Positions 42,271 through 57,180 of a DNA stretch of 64,000 nucleotides are shown here, in pieces. A model generated the notes under the pieces. It did no database searches and was not told the origin of the DNA. It saw only the letters and a list, made by a program, of their open reading frames with translations. A program made the position numbers and the translations under genes. The DNA lies in contig NC_085842.1 in NCBI RefSeq assembly GCF_035594765.1, positions 121,533,036 to 121,597,035 of the forward strand. Direction: 5' to 3'. Within the stretch, counting starts at the first letter, position 1; the number at the start of each line of letters is the position of its first letter. Source of the stretch: Anolis carolinensis. Its lineage: Eukaryota.

Positions 42271-42821
42271 ATACACAAAATGTCTGACACATGATATTCC
42301 CAAATTAAAGTACATTAACACCAACTGTGCCCCCTCTCCCAAGAATCAAAATTTCAACACTGTATTTACTTGAGTCTAATACTCACCTTTTTTGATTAAA
42401 TTACATTGCCAAATGCTTCAATGACGCATTAGAATCATGTACATAATGAATTGTGTGAAAAGGCCCATTGGAACCTGAAGCCCCAGAGGCCAGATGGGGA
42501 GGTATGAAGAGATTGTTCCCAGAAGTGGCAGCAGCCCCAGGGCTCCATGGTGCCTTGAGAAGGAGGAGGAGTGTTCAGCTGGTGACACAGTCATTCCTGC
42601 CCATTACTTTCAGTCAGGGATCCCTAGGAATCTGATGATGTCAAGGTGCATAACTGCGCCTTTGGTGACAGGAGGATAGCCATGTTTTCTGATATTTTCC
42701 TGCTTGCATAGTGCCTGGGATAACCCCTCTCCCTATTTCATTTTCTCAATCTCACATTTCCTCACTCTCCCCATTTCATTTCCTCTTAGATGATCTAAAG
42801 ATCATCTAAAATTACATATAG

Positions 42822-42970
42822 GTACCTTCCACACTACGCCTATATCCCAGAATCTGATTCCAGATTATCTTCTTATCCCATATTATCTGGCAGTGGAGAC
42901 TCATATAATCTATCTTAAATCAGATAATCTGGGATCAATCCTGGAATATAGAGCAGTGTAGAAGGGGCCT
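42822..42970. mobile_element. Palindromic MITE (Harbinger-like)
   Basis: Inverted termini ccttccacact ... agtgtagaagg. Internal ccagattatct / agataatctgg. Confidence 0.55.
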
Positions 42971-43292
42971 TAGCTGAACTGCTTAGTAGTGTCTCCTTGA
43001 CTTAGTAGTGCTGCCCTTCTCACTCAACTCCCAATTCTGACTTACAGGGCAGTGACTACTGAGAGCAACAGGAAACTGTTCTGATCAGTATGAAGCAGAC
43101 TGACATTTCTACCTTCCTGTTACTAGCTGTCTATGGCATGAAGAGAATATGCAAGAAATATCCTGTTTCTGACTCTTGCAATGGATATTGCGCATTGGAG
43201 CAGTGGAAATGTCAGTCTTCTGCAACCTGACTGACAGGTGAACAAATCCCTGTTGTTTGCAGTATCTACTGACTGGTAAAGTTATTACTGGA

Positions 43293-43614
43293 GTAAGGTA
43301 AAGGTTTCCCCTTGACATTAAGTCTAGTTGTGCTGGACTCTGGGGAGTGGTCCTCATCTCAATTTCTAAATCAAACATTGTCTGTAGATGTCCAAGGTCA
43401 TGTGGCCGGCATGACTGCATGGAGTGCCTTTACTTTCTTGCAGGAGCGGTACCTATTGATCTACTCACATTTGCATGTTTCCGAACTGCTAGGTTGGCAG
43501 AAGCTGGGGCTAACAGTGGGAGCTTACCATACTCCACAGATTTGAACTGCTGACCTTTTGGTCAGCAAGTTCAGCAGCTCAGCGGTTTAATCCGCTGCAC
43601 CATCAGGGGCTCCC
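43293..43614 (-). mobile_element. Sauria SINE, full length, in a TENM2 intron
   Basis: 9-bp TSD attactgga at 43284-43292 and 43615-43623. Confidence 0.9.
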
Positions 43615-43882
43615 ATTACTGGATTCCAGCCAATATTAACTAATTTGGAGATTTGCTTTATTGTTATTAATTAAAAATATTTCAAGGGCAAATGCTGAAA
43701 AATAATGCTAGCAATGATTTTCATTGACAGCTAATAAAGAAGATAGAGTTTGGGACAGCTGATTCAGTTTACTTCATATTTACCTTACTGACTTTGTCAA
43801 TAAGACCTGTTGTTATTACATTTACAAAATAAGGCTAAATGCAAACAAATTCATAGTGTGGATAGAGAAAACTTCTGCTTAC

Positions 43883-44013
43883 CTGTCCATTTTCACAGGC
43901 CTGGGACTCTGACAGCTCAAAAGGAGGTGGCACAAAGTACATTTTGGCTCTTGGGAAACCAGGAATAATGTTGCTGAGTTGAAAACCAAACATCACTAAC
44001 CAGCTTTTGACAT
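43883..44013 (-). CDS. TENM2: TENM2 penultimate coding exon
   Basis: cag|AT GTC AAA AGC TGG, translating as (D)[43 protein letters not shown]|gtaagc. 131 nt, with phases matching the flanking exons. Absent from the ORF track. Confidence 0.95.
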
Positions 44014-46668
44014 CTGAGAAGTAAAAGTAAATACATGTGTGAATTCTGAAAGTGCATTAAACATTGAGAGCACTGAACATTAATTCCGAATTACAAGATA
44101 GGACAGCATCTTCAGAATTTTGCCATGTACACACACACACACACAAACACACACACTAGCCAGTCTCTGTAATAAACATGTCCCTGCAAATATGAAAACC
44201 TTGTTGTGAATGTCTTTTTTAAAGAAGTTGACCAGTGGTAGGAAAGGTCCCTCCCTAGGAATGGTTATTCACTTTGTAGGAATCAGAAGAAGTAACTTGT
44301 TTATGAATCCTCTAAAGCAGTGCTTCCAAAAAATTTTTAATCATGGAACCCTTCAGAAGACATTTATTCTTTGTTTATTCTTTATGGAACCTTACGTCTA
44401 TCCCTGATTTCTTTAATCAAAATATATTCCAGATCATTTTACACTAATTCAAATATGTCTCCCAATTTACTATATAATTAAAAAGAGAAATGTGGAATCA
44501 ACATGAAAATTTTACTACACGTGAATCATTTGTGTTCAGGTAGCAAATAAAATATTTAAATGTGTAGCCAGTAACTACATACTTGACAGCAATAGTTGTA
44601 GGGCATAATAGCTATTATTGAGACTGTAGATCAAATAGTTGGCCTTGTGTGGAAGAAGAGGAGGGGGAAAATAGCGTTTCATATTGTTAATTTTGGCTTG
44701 AGGAATCCATGGTTCATGAAAAGCTGTGGGAACTGCTTAGTGACAAAGCTATATTGAGCAGCTAAGCCACAAATGGTATAGCAAATGTGCTGTAAAACTG
44801 GTTAGCTGTTGTTTTCTGCATGTGTGAAAAACTCTACAATTAAGTATTGATGCAATGTATAAACAATAAAGGCCAGAAGAACCAAGTGTTGCACTTTCGC
44901 TCTGTTCTTTTTCTCTTTAACCAAAACTTGAAGGTTTCAACGTACATAGCATATTTCTGCTTATCCATTTTGGCAATTATAATGCTTCCTCTTCACAGCT
45001 GCTTTTTTATCTGCAGGTGGAATTTGACTCAAGGCTTTGGGGATACATGTCAATTCTTTCTATTCAAACCTTATTGCAATACCCAAGAAGTATATTAAGA
45101 TACAATACATATTCAACAATCCCACCCTCTTAAAACATAATCATTTACATTTCAACTTTCCTGAAATATATTATTTCTTGTTTTAACTACCTCTGAAATT
45201 ATAGTAGCTGCATGGGGTGGAGGGGTTCTTCCTCATTTTAAAAAATGCTGGGATTTTAATTATGGCATACTGCACATCTAATCCTGAGAAAGTACATGTT
45301 GAATAGACCTTAATTGCCTTTCTTTTAAAATACAGTTAGTGACTAGTTCAGCACTGAGTGATTCTGCTAAGAAGAAAATGAGTACCAGTGGAACGGAAAT
45401 TAGGACTTCCTCCCAAACATATAGAATACAGAATTTCTTATGAAAATGCTTTCAGATTCATTTTTCAAGCACAGATTTCCTGCTTGAAACACATAATAGT
45501 TTGGGGCACTTAGATTGTGGTGCTTTTCACTTGTAACACTTGCGGGCCCCCCATCTTCTTCCTTTCATTTTGTTTTTTATGAGAAGAATTAGGGTTAAGG
45601 TGGGTGGACGGAATAGCTGCCTGCTGTCTTAAATCCTTTGCTAGTTCTGACTAGAGTAGACCTCTTGAATCAATAGGTTTTAACTGTTGATACTTGATTT
45701 AACAAATTGTTACACAAGTGTACTTGGGATTAACCAACAAAGTGCTTACCAATATCTTGAACTTACAGTGCAATGAGCTGCCCAATGGAAATTACCTCGA
45801 CTATCTTCAAACATGTCTACGGAGTTGTCCATAGGTACAGGAGAAAAACTGGATTAAATCCAAAATTAGTTATACTAAGGTCAAACATACTAAAATTAAT
45901 GGAATTTAAACTGGTAGCAACTCAATTGTGCACTGTTCATTTCAGTCAATCTATTTTAAGGACAACTACCTTTGGATTAAATTTGTTATTTCAAACTTTA
46001 AGGCCCTCCTTGCATAAGCTAGACTTTCATTTTAGGTCCTACTAGAGTTGACCGTATTTTTAAACCATTTTAGGATGCTAATATTGACTTGATTTATTGG
46101 GCACTAGATTATTTGGGAGGAATCTGGCTTCAGTTTTTGGTGTTGGCATGAGTTTGTTTAATTGACTTTTGCATAGCATAAAAAAATCTCTCAAGGGTAT
46201 AACAAAACCTTACTGAATTAAATGGCTGCAATGGGGGAAGCAACAGTGTTTAATCAGATACCTACTTGTAGTGTGTTACTAAAAAACTATTAGACTCTAT
46301 TAATCACGAAGTTTTGGTTTATGATTTTTCTGATTCTTCTAGCAGGCAGCTAAGAAATGAACCCTCATGCAAATAATGGCCCAGTTTTCATCCAATCTTG
46401 TGTGCACAAATATAATCGATCTCAACACACCTTAATCCCACAGAAAAGGGTAAAGGATTGCATACCCAATTTTACAAGAACACAGGAATTGGACAGTAAC
46501 CACAAAATCATGAAAGCCCTCCCCCTTGTACAGCTAAGTAATCCCTGTAATTAGACTGAAGATGAGCTTCCATAGTTAAAAAACTAAAATTCATATAGGA
46601 TACTAAATGTAAAATCTCAGCCTTGACATCTCTCCACTATGTTCCTTAAATCTCTAATGTATCTATCA

Positions 46669-48291
<1,623 letters not shown>

Positions 48292-49338
48292 CTATTGCAA
48301 AACAAATAAAGAAAATAAATTAGATGCTGCACGGTCAAAAATGTGCCAAATAGGTTTTAGAATTACAGTCTGAGAACACATAAATAAAGATAAAAATGAA
48401 CATGGTTGACAATTCCATCCAGTGTTGTTGACATATAGCTAATAAATATGTTCAATAATAATTTAAAACCCTCCAAAATTTCAAATATAAAATCAATATG
48501 AAAATCTTAAGTAGGTTTTGCCAAATTCTCTTTCATTTTTCTTTTATTTTAAAAAAGAAATGTTGATTCATTATGATGCTATTTCCACTGGGAATTCCCT
48601 CCTCCCTTCTAGACACTTTAATAATAACAGTATTTAGAGAACAATAGCATTAGTAAACCTATTTTAGATGGCCTCCTGAAAAGTTAAATAAGCATCACCA
48701 AGAAAATAGTTATGTAAGGCCCAGAGATGAGCTATCTACTGCTATTCCATCTATTTTGGTCTGTGATAATAAGTAAAAAAGTACCATTTTCTTATCATAA
48801 GGTGACTTCATGGCAAAATTTAATCATACATCTTGTTACCACATCAGTATGTATTTACAACCGAAACCAGATTGTGGTAAAAACATTCATTTTAAGAATG
48901 GATTCTTTGTATTCTCAATGACCGTTGACTGCTGTAACAGTTGCCTTTTTCCACATTCAACTAGAATTAATGAGGCTGGTCCCCAAGACAACTGAGTTAA
49001 GACTACAGAATCATCAGTTCATGTAATGATAATACAGGCAGTCCCCAAGTTACAAACATCCAATTTACAAATGACTCATAGTTAAGAATGGAGGTAAGAC
49101 AACAGGAAGTGGGAGAAATCTATCCCAAGGAATGGAAATTCACTCCAGGAAGATTTATCATGGGGAAAAGGAGTTTTATCACCAATCCTTATCTCTACAA
49201 CAAGCCAAATTGTTCAAAATCCAATTATCACAGGGTCAGAAAATGAGGTGAAATCTTCTGAACTGGGGCACAGATAGTAAAACAAAAGCCACAGGGGTGT
49301 TAACCCTTCCCTATGCAGTCCAAAGCTCTATCTATAAT

Positions 49339-49390
<52 letters not shown>

Positions 49391-49570
49391 TTTAAATACC
49401 CCACCACCATCTCCCATAGGGACTCGGGGCGACTTACAAAATAGCACACAAAGATGCCATACATAAAATACATAATACATAAAATGAAATACATCAAGTT
49501 GCAAACAACAATAACATTGGGTTGTTGTATGTCTTTCGGGCTGTGTGGCCATGTTCCAGAAGCATTCTCT

Positions 49571-49611
49571 CCTGACGTTTCGCCCACATCTATGGCAGGC
49601 ATCCTCAGAGG
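49571..49611 (-). ncRNA. Minimal type I hammerhead ribozyme motif (Penelope-associated)
   Basis: CCU-CUGAGGA-U-GCCUGC(CAUAGAU)GUGGGC-GAAAC-GUC-AGG: intact catalytic boxes, GUC triplet and palindromic ACGU mini stem III. Confidence 0.75.
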
Positions 49612-50087
49612 TTGTGAGGTATGGATAAACTAAGTAAGGGAAGGAATGAATATATATATCTGTGTAGAGTGTGGCAAGAGTCCTTTGTCACTGGGAGCCA
49701 GCATTAATGTTTCAGTTAATCACCCTAATTAGCATTGGAGATGTTTTTGTCTCTTGCCTGGGGGCATCCTTTGTCCGTCAAGCCCTCAGAGTTTTGGTTT
49801 CTGTTGGTTTCAACAGAAAGGAAGAAACCATGAAAATGAACAAAATCTGGCTACCAGTATTACAAAACTCCAAAATCAAAACAGTAGATGGGAACCAAAA
49901 CTCTGAGGGCTTGACTGACAAAGGATGTCCCCAGGCAAGAGACAAAAACATCTCCAGTGCTAATTAGGGTGATTAACTGAAACATTAATGCTGGCTCCCA
50001 GTGACAAACGACTCTTGCCACACCCCGGACTCTACACAGATATATATATTCTTTCCTTCCCTTACTTAGTTTATCCATACCTCACAA

Positions 50088-50128
50088 CCTCTGAGGATGC
50101 CTGCCATAGATGTGGTCGAAACGTCAGG
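50088..50128 (+). ncRNA. Minimal hammerhead ribozyme motif, second pLTR copy
   Basis: cct-ctgagga-tgcctgccatagatgtggtc-gaaac-gtc-agg, with one stem II mismatch. Confidence 0.65.
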
Positions 50129-50597
50129 AGAGAATGCTTCTGGAACATGGCCACACAGCCTGAAAGACATACAACAACCCTGTGATCCCGGCCATGAAAG
50201 CCTTCGACAACATATTGAATAATATTGAACAATAACATTATATTAACCAGGTATATAAATTGGATAAAACAACTGCTATTAAAATAGAATCAGTTAAAAG
50301 ATCCATGTAATCAATATTGCAGCCCAACTGAATGCACAGAATGTAGATATAAAGTGCTAAGTGATAGGCAATCAGTTCTGGTTACTGTCTAAACATTATC
50401 AAATGCCTGCTGGAAAAACCAAGTTTTTAACTACAGTGTTGTAGTGTAGGGGCTTGTCTGAGTTCCCTGGGGAGGGTGTTCCAGAGCTAGAATGGTGGTG
50501 GGAGGAGGGAGGGCCTCCCCAGCAGAACACACCTCCCCAGCATGAACACGCTGGTTCATAGGGAGAGATACGGTCACAAAGATAGGCTGGACCCGAA

Positions 50598-50606
50598 CTA
50601 TCTATC

Positions 50607-50665
<59 letters not shown>

Positions 50666-50692
50666 ATCTATCTATCTATCTGTCTGTCTGTC
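50598..50692. repeat. (ATCT)n microsatellite
   Basis: Direct observation. Confidence 0.95.
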
Positions 50693-50986
50693 TAGAGTTA
50701 CACTTTAAAAACATACCTGTTTCCACTTACATACAAATTTAACTTAAGAACAAACCTACAGACCTTGTTCATAACTCAGGAATTGCCTGTACTTTATTAC
50801 TGATTCCAATTCAGCTTACATAACTGTTCAGTGATATGTTCTGCATTGTTGCAGGTCAAAGATGCTAAAGTTTCTATGATTTCTGTAATGCTAATCAATT
50901 TTACTAGGAAGTAAGCTTTATTGTGTTTTTGTGTGTGGCTAAACATGCACAGGTGTTTGCAATTAGAAATTAAATGATTCTAGTTA

Positions 50987-51418
<432 letters not shown>

Positions 51419-51584
51419 TTACAATACATAGACATAAGAAGAGTAATGTAGGACAGCATACATTGTTCACTCACATACTATTTCATAAAATGTATTCAAG
51501 AATTTTGCTTTCATTGGTCTTGCTTTGTGTAGACATCAGAAGCATGTCCCACAGTGTTCAGTGACACTTGCTCCCTTACAAATA

Positions 51585-51907
51585 CAGTAGAGTCTCACTT
51601 ATCCAAGCCTCGCTTATCCAAGTTTCTGGATTATCCAAGCCATTTTTGTAGGCAATGTTTTCAATATATCATGATATTTTGGTGCTAAATTCGTAAATAC
51701 AGTAATTACAACATAACATTACTGCGTATTGAACTACTTTTTCTGTCAAATTTGTTGTGTAACATGATATTTTGGTGCTTAATTTGTAAAATCATAACCT
51801 AATTGGATGTTTAATAGGCTTTTCCTTAATCCCTCCTTATTATCCAAGATATTAGCTTATCCAAGCTTCTGCCAGCCTGTTTAGCTTGGATAAGTGAGAC
51901 TCTACTG
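51585..51907. mobile_element. Tc1/mariner-pogo (Tigger-like) MITE with TA TSD
   Basis: ta-cagtagagtctcacttatccaagc ... gcttggataagtgagactctactg-ta. Confidence 0.9.
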
Positions 51908-52477
51908 TATATTTAGAATTGTGTGCTTAGAAAAAAAAGAAGAAATTACTTATTAACAATTTGTACTGAGATTAATACTTTGAATACAAATATTTACAGA
52001 AAGAGCCACACAATTTTATAAGATATTCAACACAGCGCAGAACATTACTTCTTAAACCTGTTTTTGGTTATTAGAGTTGTTGCTCATGATAAGTGAATTA
52101 CTTCATTTATTGATATTATATTTTTAAAAATCACTTAAAACATAAGAGTGACCTCAAATAAATAAATAAATGACCCTCTCCCAAATATTTTAGGAACTAT
52201 GGTGGTGGTGGTGGTGGTGAGAACAGTGATACCACTTGTTCCATTACTTTCCAAAAAAAATAACCCAAGTAATATTACTTCACCACTTATCACATGTTCC
52301 TTCTTTTCAGCACCGGAGTAGGGCATGAGGTGATAGTCCTGAGGAATGTTTTAGTTTGAGTAGCTGAATACAGACCCCTGCATTAAGCAATGAACAAATC
52401 TCTTCCTGTGGTTTCAAAGCAGTGTGTTGTGCCATTTCTATTCAGAGCAGGTTCTAACTATCCTAAGGTACTAGCTT

Positions 52478-52660
52478 TGCCTGACCCTGGAAGCCAAGCA
52501 GGATCAACTCTGGCTAGTTTTTGGATGGAAGACCGTCAATGAATGCCAGGTGCTATTGGATATATTTCCAAGGAAGGAACTGACAAAATCACCTATGAGT
52601 ATTCCTTGTTTAAGAAAAACCTATGAAAATAATGGGGATGCCATAAGTCAATAGGTAACA
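52478..52660 (+). mobile_element. 5S rRNA-derived SINE (5S-Sauria-like)
   Basis: ggaagccaagcagg...tggctagtttttggatggaagaccg...gaatgccaggtgct aligns to the 5S rRNA A/IE/C boxes and is followed by a non-5S body. Confidence 0.65.
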
Positions 52661-52808
52661 GAGAACAAAGCATACTGAATGTATTTCTAATCCAATAACA
52701 ATGGTGCTTTCTCCTCTGCAACATTATGTTTGGCTATGTCATTATCATGAGGCAACTTCCTACATTAGCAGATGCTGATGATCAGCAATCCTTCTGTACC
52801 CTCTAGTT

Positions 52809-52929
52809 CAGTGGTTATCAACCTGTGAGTCCCCAAATATTCCCAAAAATCCTAACAGTTGATAAACTGGCTGGGATTTCTGGGAGTTGTAAGCCAAAAC
52901 ACCTGGGGACCACAGGTTGAGAACCACTA
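52809..52929. mobile_element. hAT-type MITE
   Basis: cagtggttatcaacc ... ggttgagaaccacta. 8-bp TSD ctctagtt / ctctagct. Confidence 0.75.
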
Positions 52930-53139
52930 CTCTAGCTCATTCCCCTATGTATGATAATGATGGAATTTGTTGAGTCAGATAGATTGCTTTGAAACATCAT
53001 TTCCACCCATTTAAGTTGCCATTCTGTATTTCAGTTTTGGATTCATAACTTAGATTCTTAGAGTTACAGCACAGAAACTGCTGTAACTTTCTGACATGAT
53101 CACTACGAACTAAAATGCTCTCCCAAATCTACAGTAGAG

Positions 53140-54062
53140 TGTAGTGGTTTGAGCATTGGACTGTGACTGGAGGCCTGGGTTTGCATCCCAGTTCAGCCAT
53201 AGAAATCCACTGGGTGACATTGGCAACTCACATTTTCTCAGCTTCAATGGCAAGCAAAGGCCCCATCTGAACTAATCTTGCTGACAAAACTCTGTGATAG
53301 ATTTGCCTTAGGGTTGAGATAAGTCTGAAATGACTTGAAGGTACATAGCAACAACTGAGGTGCAGATCAAATTTGTTGGCAACTGGGACACAGGAGGATT
53401 ATTTTTCCACCCCTCACCCATGAGAGTGGGACTGCTATTGTAATTCATAAGTTGAAGTCTTACTCCTCTTGTAATTCATAAGTTAAAGTCAACGGGGAAA
53501 AAACAGGAAATAATTTAAGGGGCATATTGTCCTATCATCAATGTTGAAGTAAACTTGAATTGTCAGTTCACTTTGTTTCTGTATGTGGATTTTTTTTCCT
53601 TGTCCTTATGTTGTAATCTGTCCCTGGTCTTGCCCTCCCTTCCCATTATCCAAATCCCAAAGATTGAGATGATGAATCCATGACAGGCTGTGAGCATCTA
53701 GGACAGTGATTCCCAACCTGTGGGTCCCCTTGTGTTTTGGCCTACAACTCCCAGAATCCCAGCCAGTTTACCAGCTGTTAGGATTTCTGGGATTAGTATC
53801 ACAGATTGAGATCCACTGATCTAGGAGAATCAGGCCTAAGGAAAAAGTGACCTAAGGTGAGCTAAACATGTTACAAGCAACGTTTACACATACTTGTGTT
53901 CAATCAGTGCAGGCCAGGTCTAGTAAATGCAGTACTGAGATCTTCATGAATGTTATGAGTGTCCAGACAATGTATAGTACATATGGAAAGCTGGATATGG
54001 AGAATATGTGCTCCTGGTGAGAGCGGGAGAGGGGAAGGTGGGTGGAATCATGACACAGGATG
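53140..54062 (+). repeat. Local duplication copy A (SINE plus unique intronic sequence)
   Basis: Collinear with 59240-59626 plus 61621-61946. Confidence 0.9.
53704..53818. mobile_element. hAT-type MITE with perfect 8-bp TSD
   Basis: atctagga-cagtg...cactg-atctagga. The empty site is at 61710-61717. Confidence 0.9.
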
Positions 54063-55474
54063 GTATAAGAACTCTGAACAAAAATGGAAAGAGACGTTTT
54101 AGGCTTGTTTATCCTGAAAAATCAAGCTCTATTTCCCCTTCTCCCCTCTTCAATTCAAACCACTTTCCACAACAGCATCTGTTATTTTACATGCCCCATG
54201 CTTTTTAATAAAGGTCTGTTCAGCCAGATGAATAGTTTTGGTTTTAAGAGAGGTATTCCACAAGGTGCTCTACAGCCTTAGCATTGGTTATGCTTTAAAC
54301 AATTTTTGACTTCCCTCCCAGGAAAGACAATGAAGGATGAGAAGGGAATGAGCTTTCACATCAGCGCAGGGTAGAGTTTAAAGCCATGGGTATTCTTGCT
54401 CCTGTTGAACAGGCTGTCTGTCTGATGAACTGAGGCACAGCCAGGAAGCGTTTCCTGCATTGTTTAATGACAGACCAGGGAAGCTGGGATCAACCATGAA
54501 CATAGCTGGAGTTCATGAGTCCACAGGGCCTCACTCATTTTTTGGGAGTGTCTTCATAGGAAAGAGAGCTTGAAAAGAGAGGCTGTTAGCATCCCTGCAG
54601 AAGCTGTGCAGAAATAGAGAGGGAATATACAAATAGGTATCAGTATGGGAAAAAGAAAAAGTCCTCATTGAGCATCCAAACCTGGTGGAGATGGGTTTTT
54701 TTTAATTGTTTAGCATTTTACTAAGGGTTTTGGTTGAAATAATAAATGTGCTCTATGGTAAAATAGCTGAACATGGGGAAGTGGTCTTTAGGGGGTGGAT
54801 ACAATCAAACTCTTAGGATTAGTTATATTATACTTGCCAGGAAAATGCTCCCCTATGTGAGGAGAGAATTCAGTTAAAAGTTTTAAATCGAAAAATGGCA
54901 CAAGATAAAGGAGCATTTATTGTAAGGCATGCCTATTGTGTCCTCGACATCTCCAAGGGCTGATAAGTTCTAAAGGCAGCATTTAATGGGACTTCTTTCC
55001 TTTTGAGGGAGGAATCACATAAACCTTTGAGAGGTTCTGTAGTGTTTGCTTCATTAGTTCTTGTGTGCCTTCAAGTTGTTTCCATATTATGGTGATATTA
55101 AGGAAACACTATCATAAGGTTTTCTTGGCAGGATTTATGCAAAGAGAGTTTGCCATTAGCTTCATCTGAGGGTAAGAGAATGTGATTTATCCAAAATAAC
55201 CAGCAGGTTTTCATGACTGAGTGGAGATTTGAACTCTGGTCTCCAGGAGTCCAACACCTTGATTATAGAGTTTTGTTAGCAAGTTAGCTCTAATCCATAA
55301 GTCTAATGTACATCCAATAATAAGGAAGGGGAAGGTATTGTTATAAATATTATATATTTTTTAAAAAAGCAGTTCCATTCACAATGTCTTTTGCTTAGGA
55401 AAAACAAAAATAATTAGTTTTTTCCCTTTTAAAAAATTCCATTTGTCTTTCTCGTTGATCTTTCTTCTTATATT

Positions 55475-56087
55475 GTCCCAAGCCAGTCTTCAGAATCACG
55501 TACAGGAAACCCAATGGCACCCAGCAACACCTTGCCACACTCAAAGCATAGTGACCAAACATCCCCAATTTATTTAGGTTTCCTTGGGCATCCAAACCTC
55601 TAACGCCCTAGGATCAGGTGTCCCAAACTCCTCATCAGAATCTGAGCTCCAAACAGCCAACACCCTTGGATCAGGCATCCCAAACTCCTCATCAGAATCA
55701 AGATCATCCTGTCCACACCCAACTCTGTCCACACCTGTGGAACTACCCTCATTCCTCCAGGCAGACCATGTGGGATCTGCTTCTGAAGATACCCAAACCT
55801 CTCCAGCATCTACAGAATCCATGGACCCAGATTCCTCCCCAAGATCCTCCAGAGCCCGTGCCCAATCTATGCCAACTTCCTCCATCACCACTAGTTCCTC
55901 AGCATCCATTTCCACCTCAAGATCCCCTCCCAAATCCTCACATGAATCTTCCTCGGAAGACTCCTCATCAATCTCCCTGATTCTCTTCCTGTATAAATCT
56001 TCCAGCGAGCCCTCCTCGCGAGGGTTCTTCCTTCCTCTCCTGATCCCACCACTATTACTCACAGCCTCAGAAGACTCATTCACAACA
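55475..56087 (-). mobile_element. Partial LTR with acidic ORF
   Basis: Starts TGTTGTG. Carries an open, very acidic ORF (55574-56086) with an internal SDEEFGxPDPRxLxVW repeat. No second terminus or TSD found. Confidence 0.55.
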
Positions 56088-57180
56088 CAATGTCTTTCTG
56101 AGCAGTAGATTCTGCAGATTAATTTGCTATAGGGTTAAAGTTAGTCCATCTCCACAATTTCTAAGACTTTTGTCATTGGTGTAACTTGTTGTTTCCACAA
56201 TTTTGCATATTCAATTTTTGCTGCTGTTATCATGTAGAAAAAGATTCTTTTTTTGGTGCCTTGGTATCTGCTTATCTAATAATCCTAATAAAAAGATTCT
56301 CATTTCAATGTTATTTCCATTTCATTATGCATTTTTATATAGGAATCTTTAATCTTTGGACAGGCCCACCATATCTGGTAAAAGGTTCCTTTCTTCTGTT
56401 TACACTTGCGACACAAGTCCGAACTTTTATATATTTTTGTGAGTTTTTGGGGGGTTATATACCATCTATAAATCATTTTGTAAAAGTTCTCTTTTATGGT
56501 ATAACATCTTGTAAATTGGATTTTTTTCTTCCAGACTTGTTCCCATTCTTCTAGGTTTATTGCTCATTCTATATTTTTTGTCAATTGAATCATGGGTTCC
56601 TTTTCCTGTTTGTCCATTGTAATTTATATATTTTCCTGATTTCTTTGGTTTTTATCTGCAATAATAAATTTCATTGATTCTTCAGCTCTTGTATTCCCTT
56701 TTTATTATCTAATCGCCATCTCTGTTGTAGTTGAATCTTCTTTTTGTAACTCTTGTAATTTTACTGTTCCTTTTTCTAATAATTGTTTGTAAGCCAAATG
56801 TTTTCTCCCAGCTGTTCTTAATTGTGGAGATGCCTCTTGTGGTTTAGTTTACTCAGGTATTTCTCTGTAGATGACTTTCTTATATTCATTTCAAACTCTG
56901 AGTAGTGAATTTCTTATCTTATGTTTCTTAAAATTGGAATCTACTTTCATTTTATCATAGATTAAAATATTCATATTTTAAGTCCAATCCTTCTAGATAA
57001 AGTAGTATTTTTATTTAAAAAATCCATTATTTTATTCAAATCCAGGCTGCTGCCTCATAATATAGTCCCAAATTAGATAATGCCATTCCACCTCTTTCTC
57101 TTTAGTCTTGCAAATTCTAGGTTTTTGTTTTTCCAAATGAATTTTGTCAGTTCTTTATTCCAAACTTGAAAAAGCTATTC

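Larger units (their letters stand above)
49519..50227. mobile_element. Penelope insertion with inverted pLTRs (long hairpin)
   Basis: Arms 49519-49801 and 49892-50180 are reverse complements. The loop encodes FNRKEETMKMNKIWLP. TSD aacaataacatt at 49507-49518 and 50228-50239. Confidence 0.9.
49035..50789. mobile_element. Tigger-like MITE interrupted by an L2 fragment and a Penelope insertion
   Basis: ta-caggcagtccccaagttac ... ataactcaggaattgcctg-ta. Internal L2 3' fragment at about 49335-50595 (YLCDRISPYEP on the minus strand). Confidence 0.65.
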
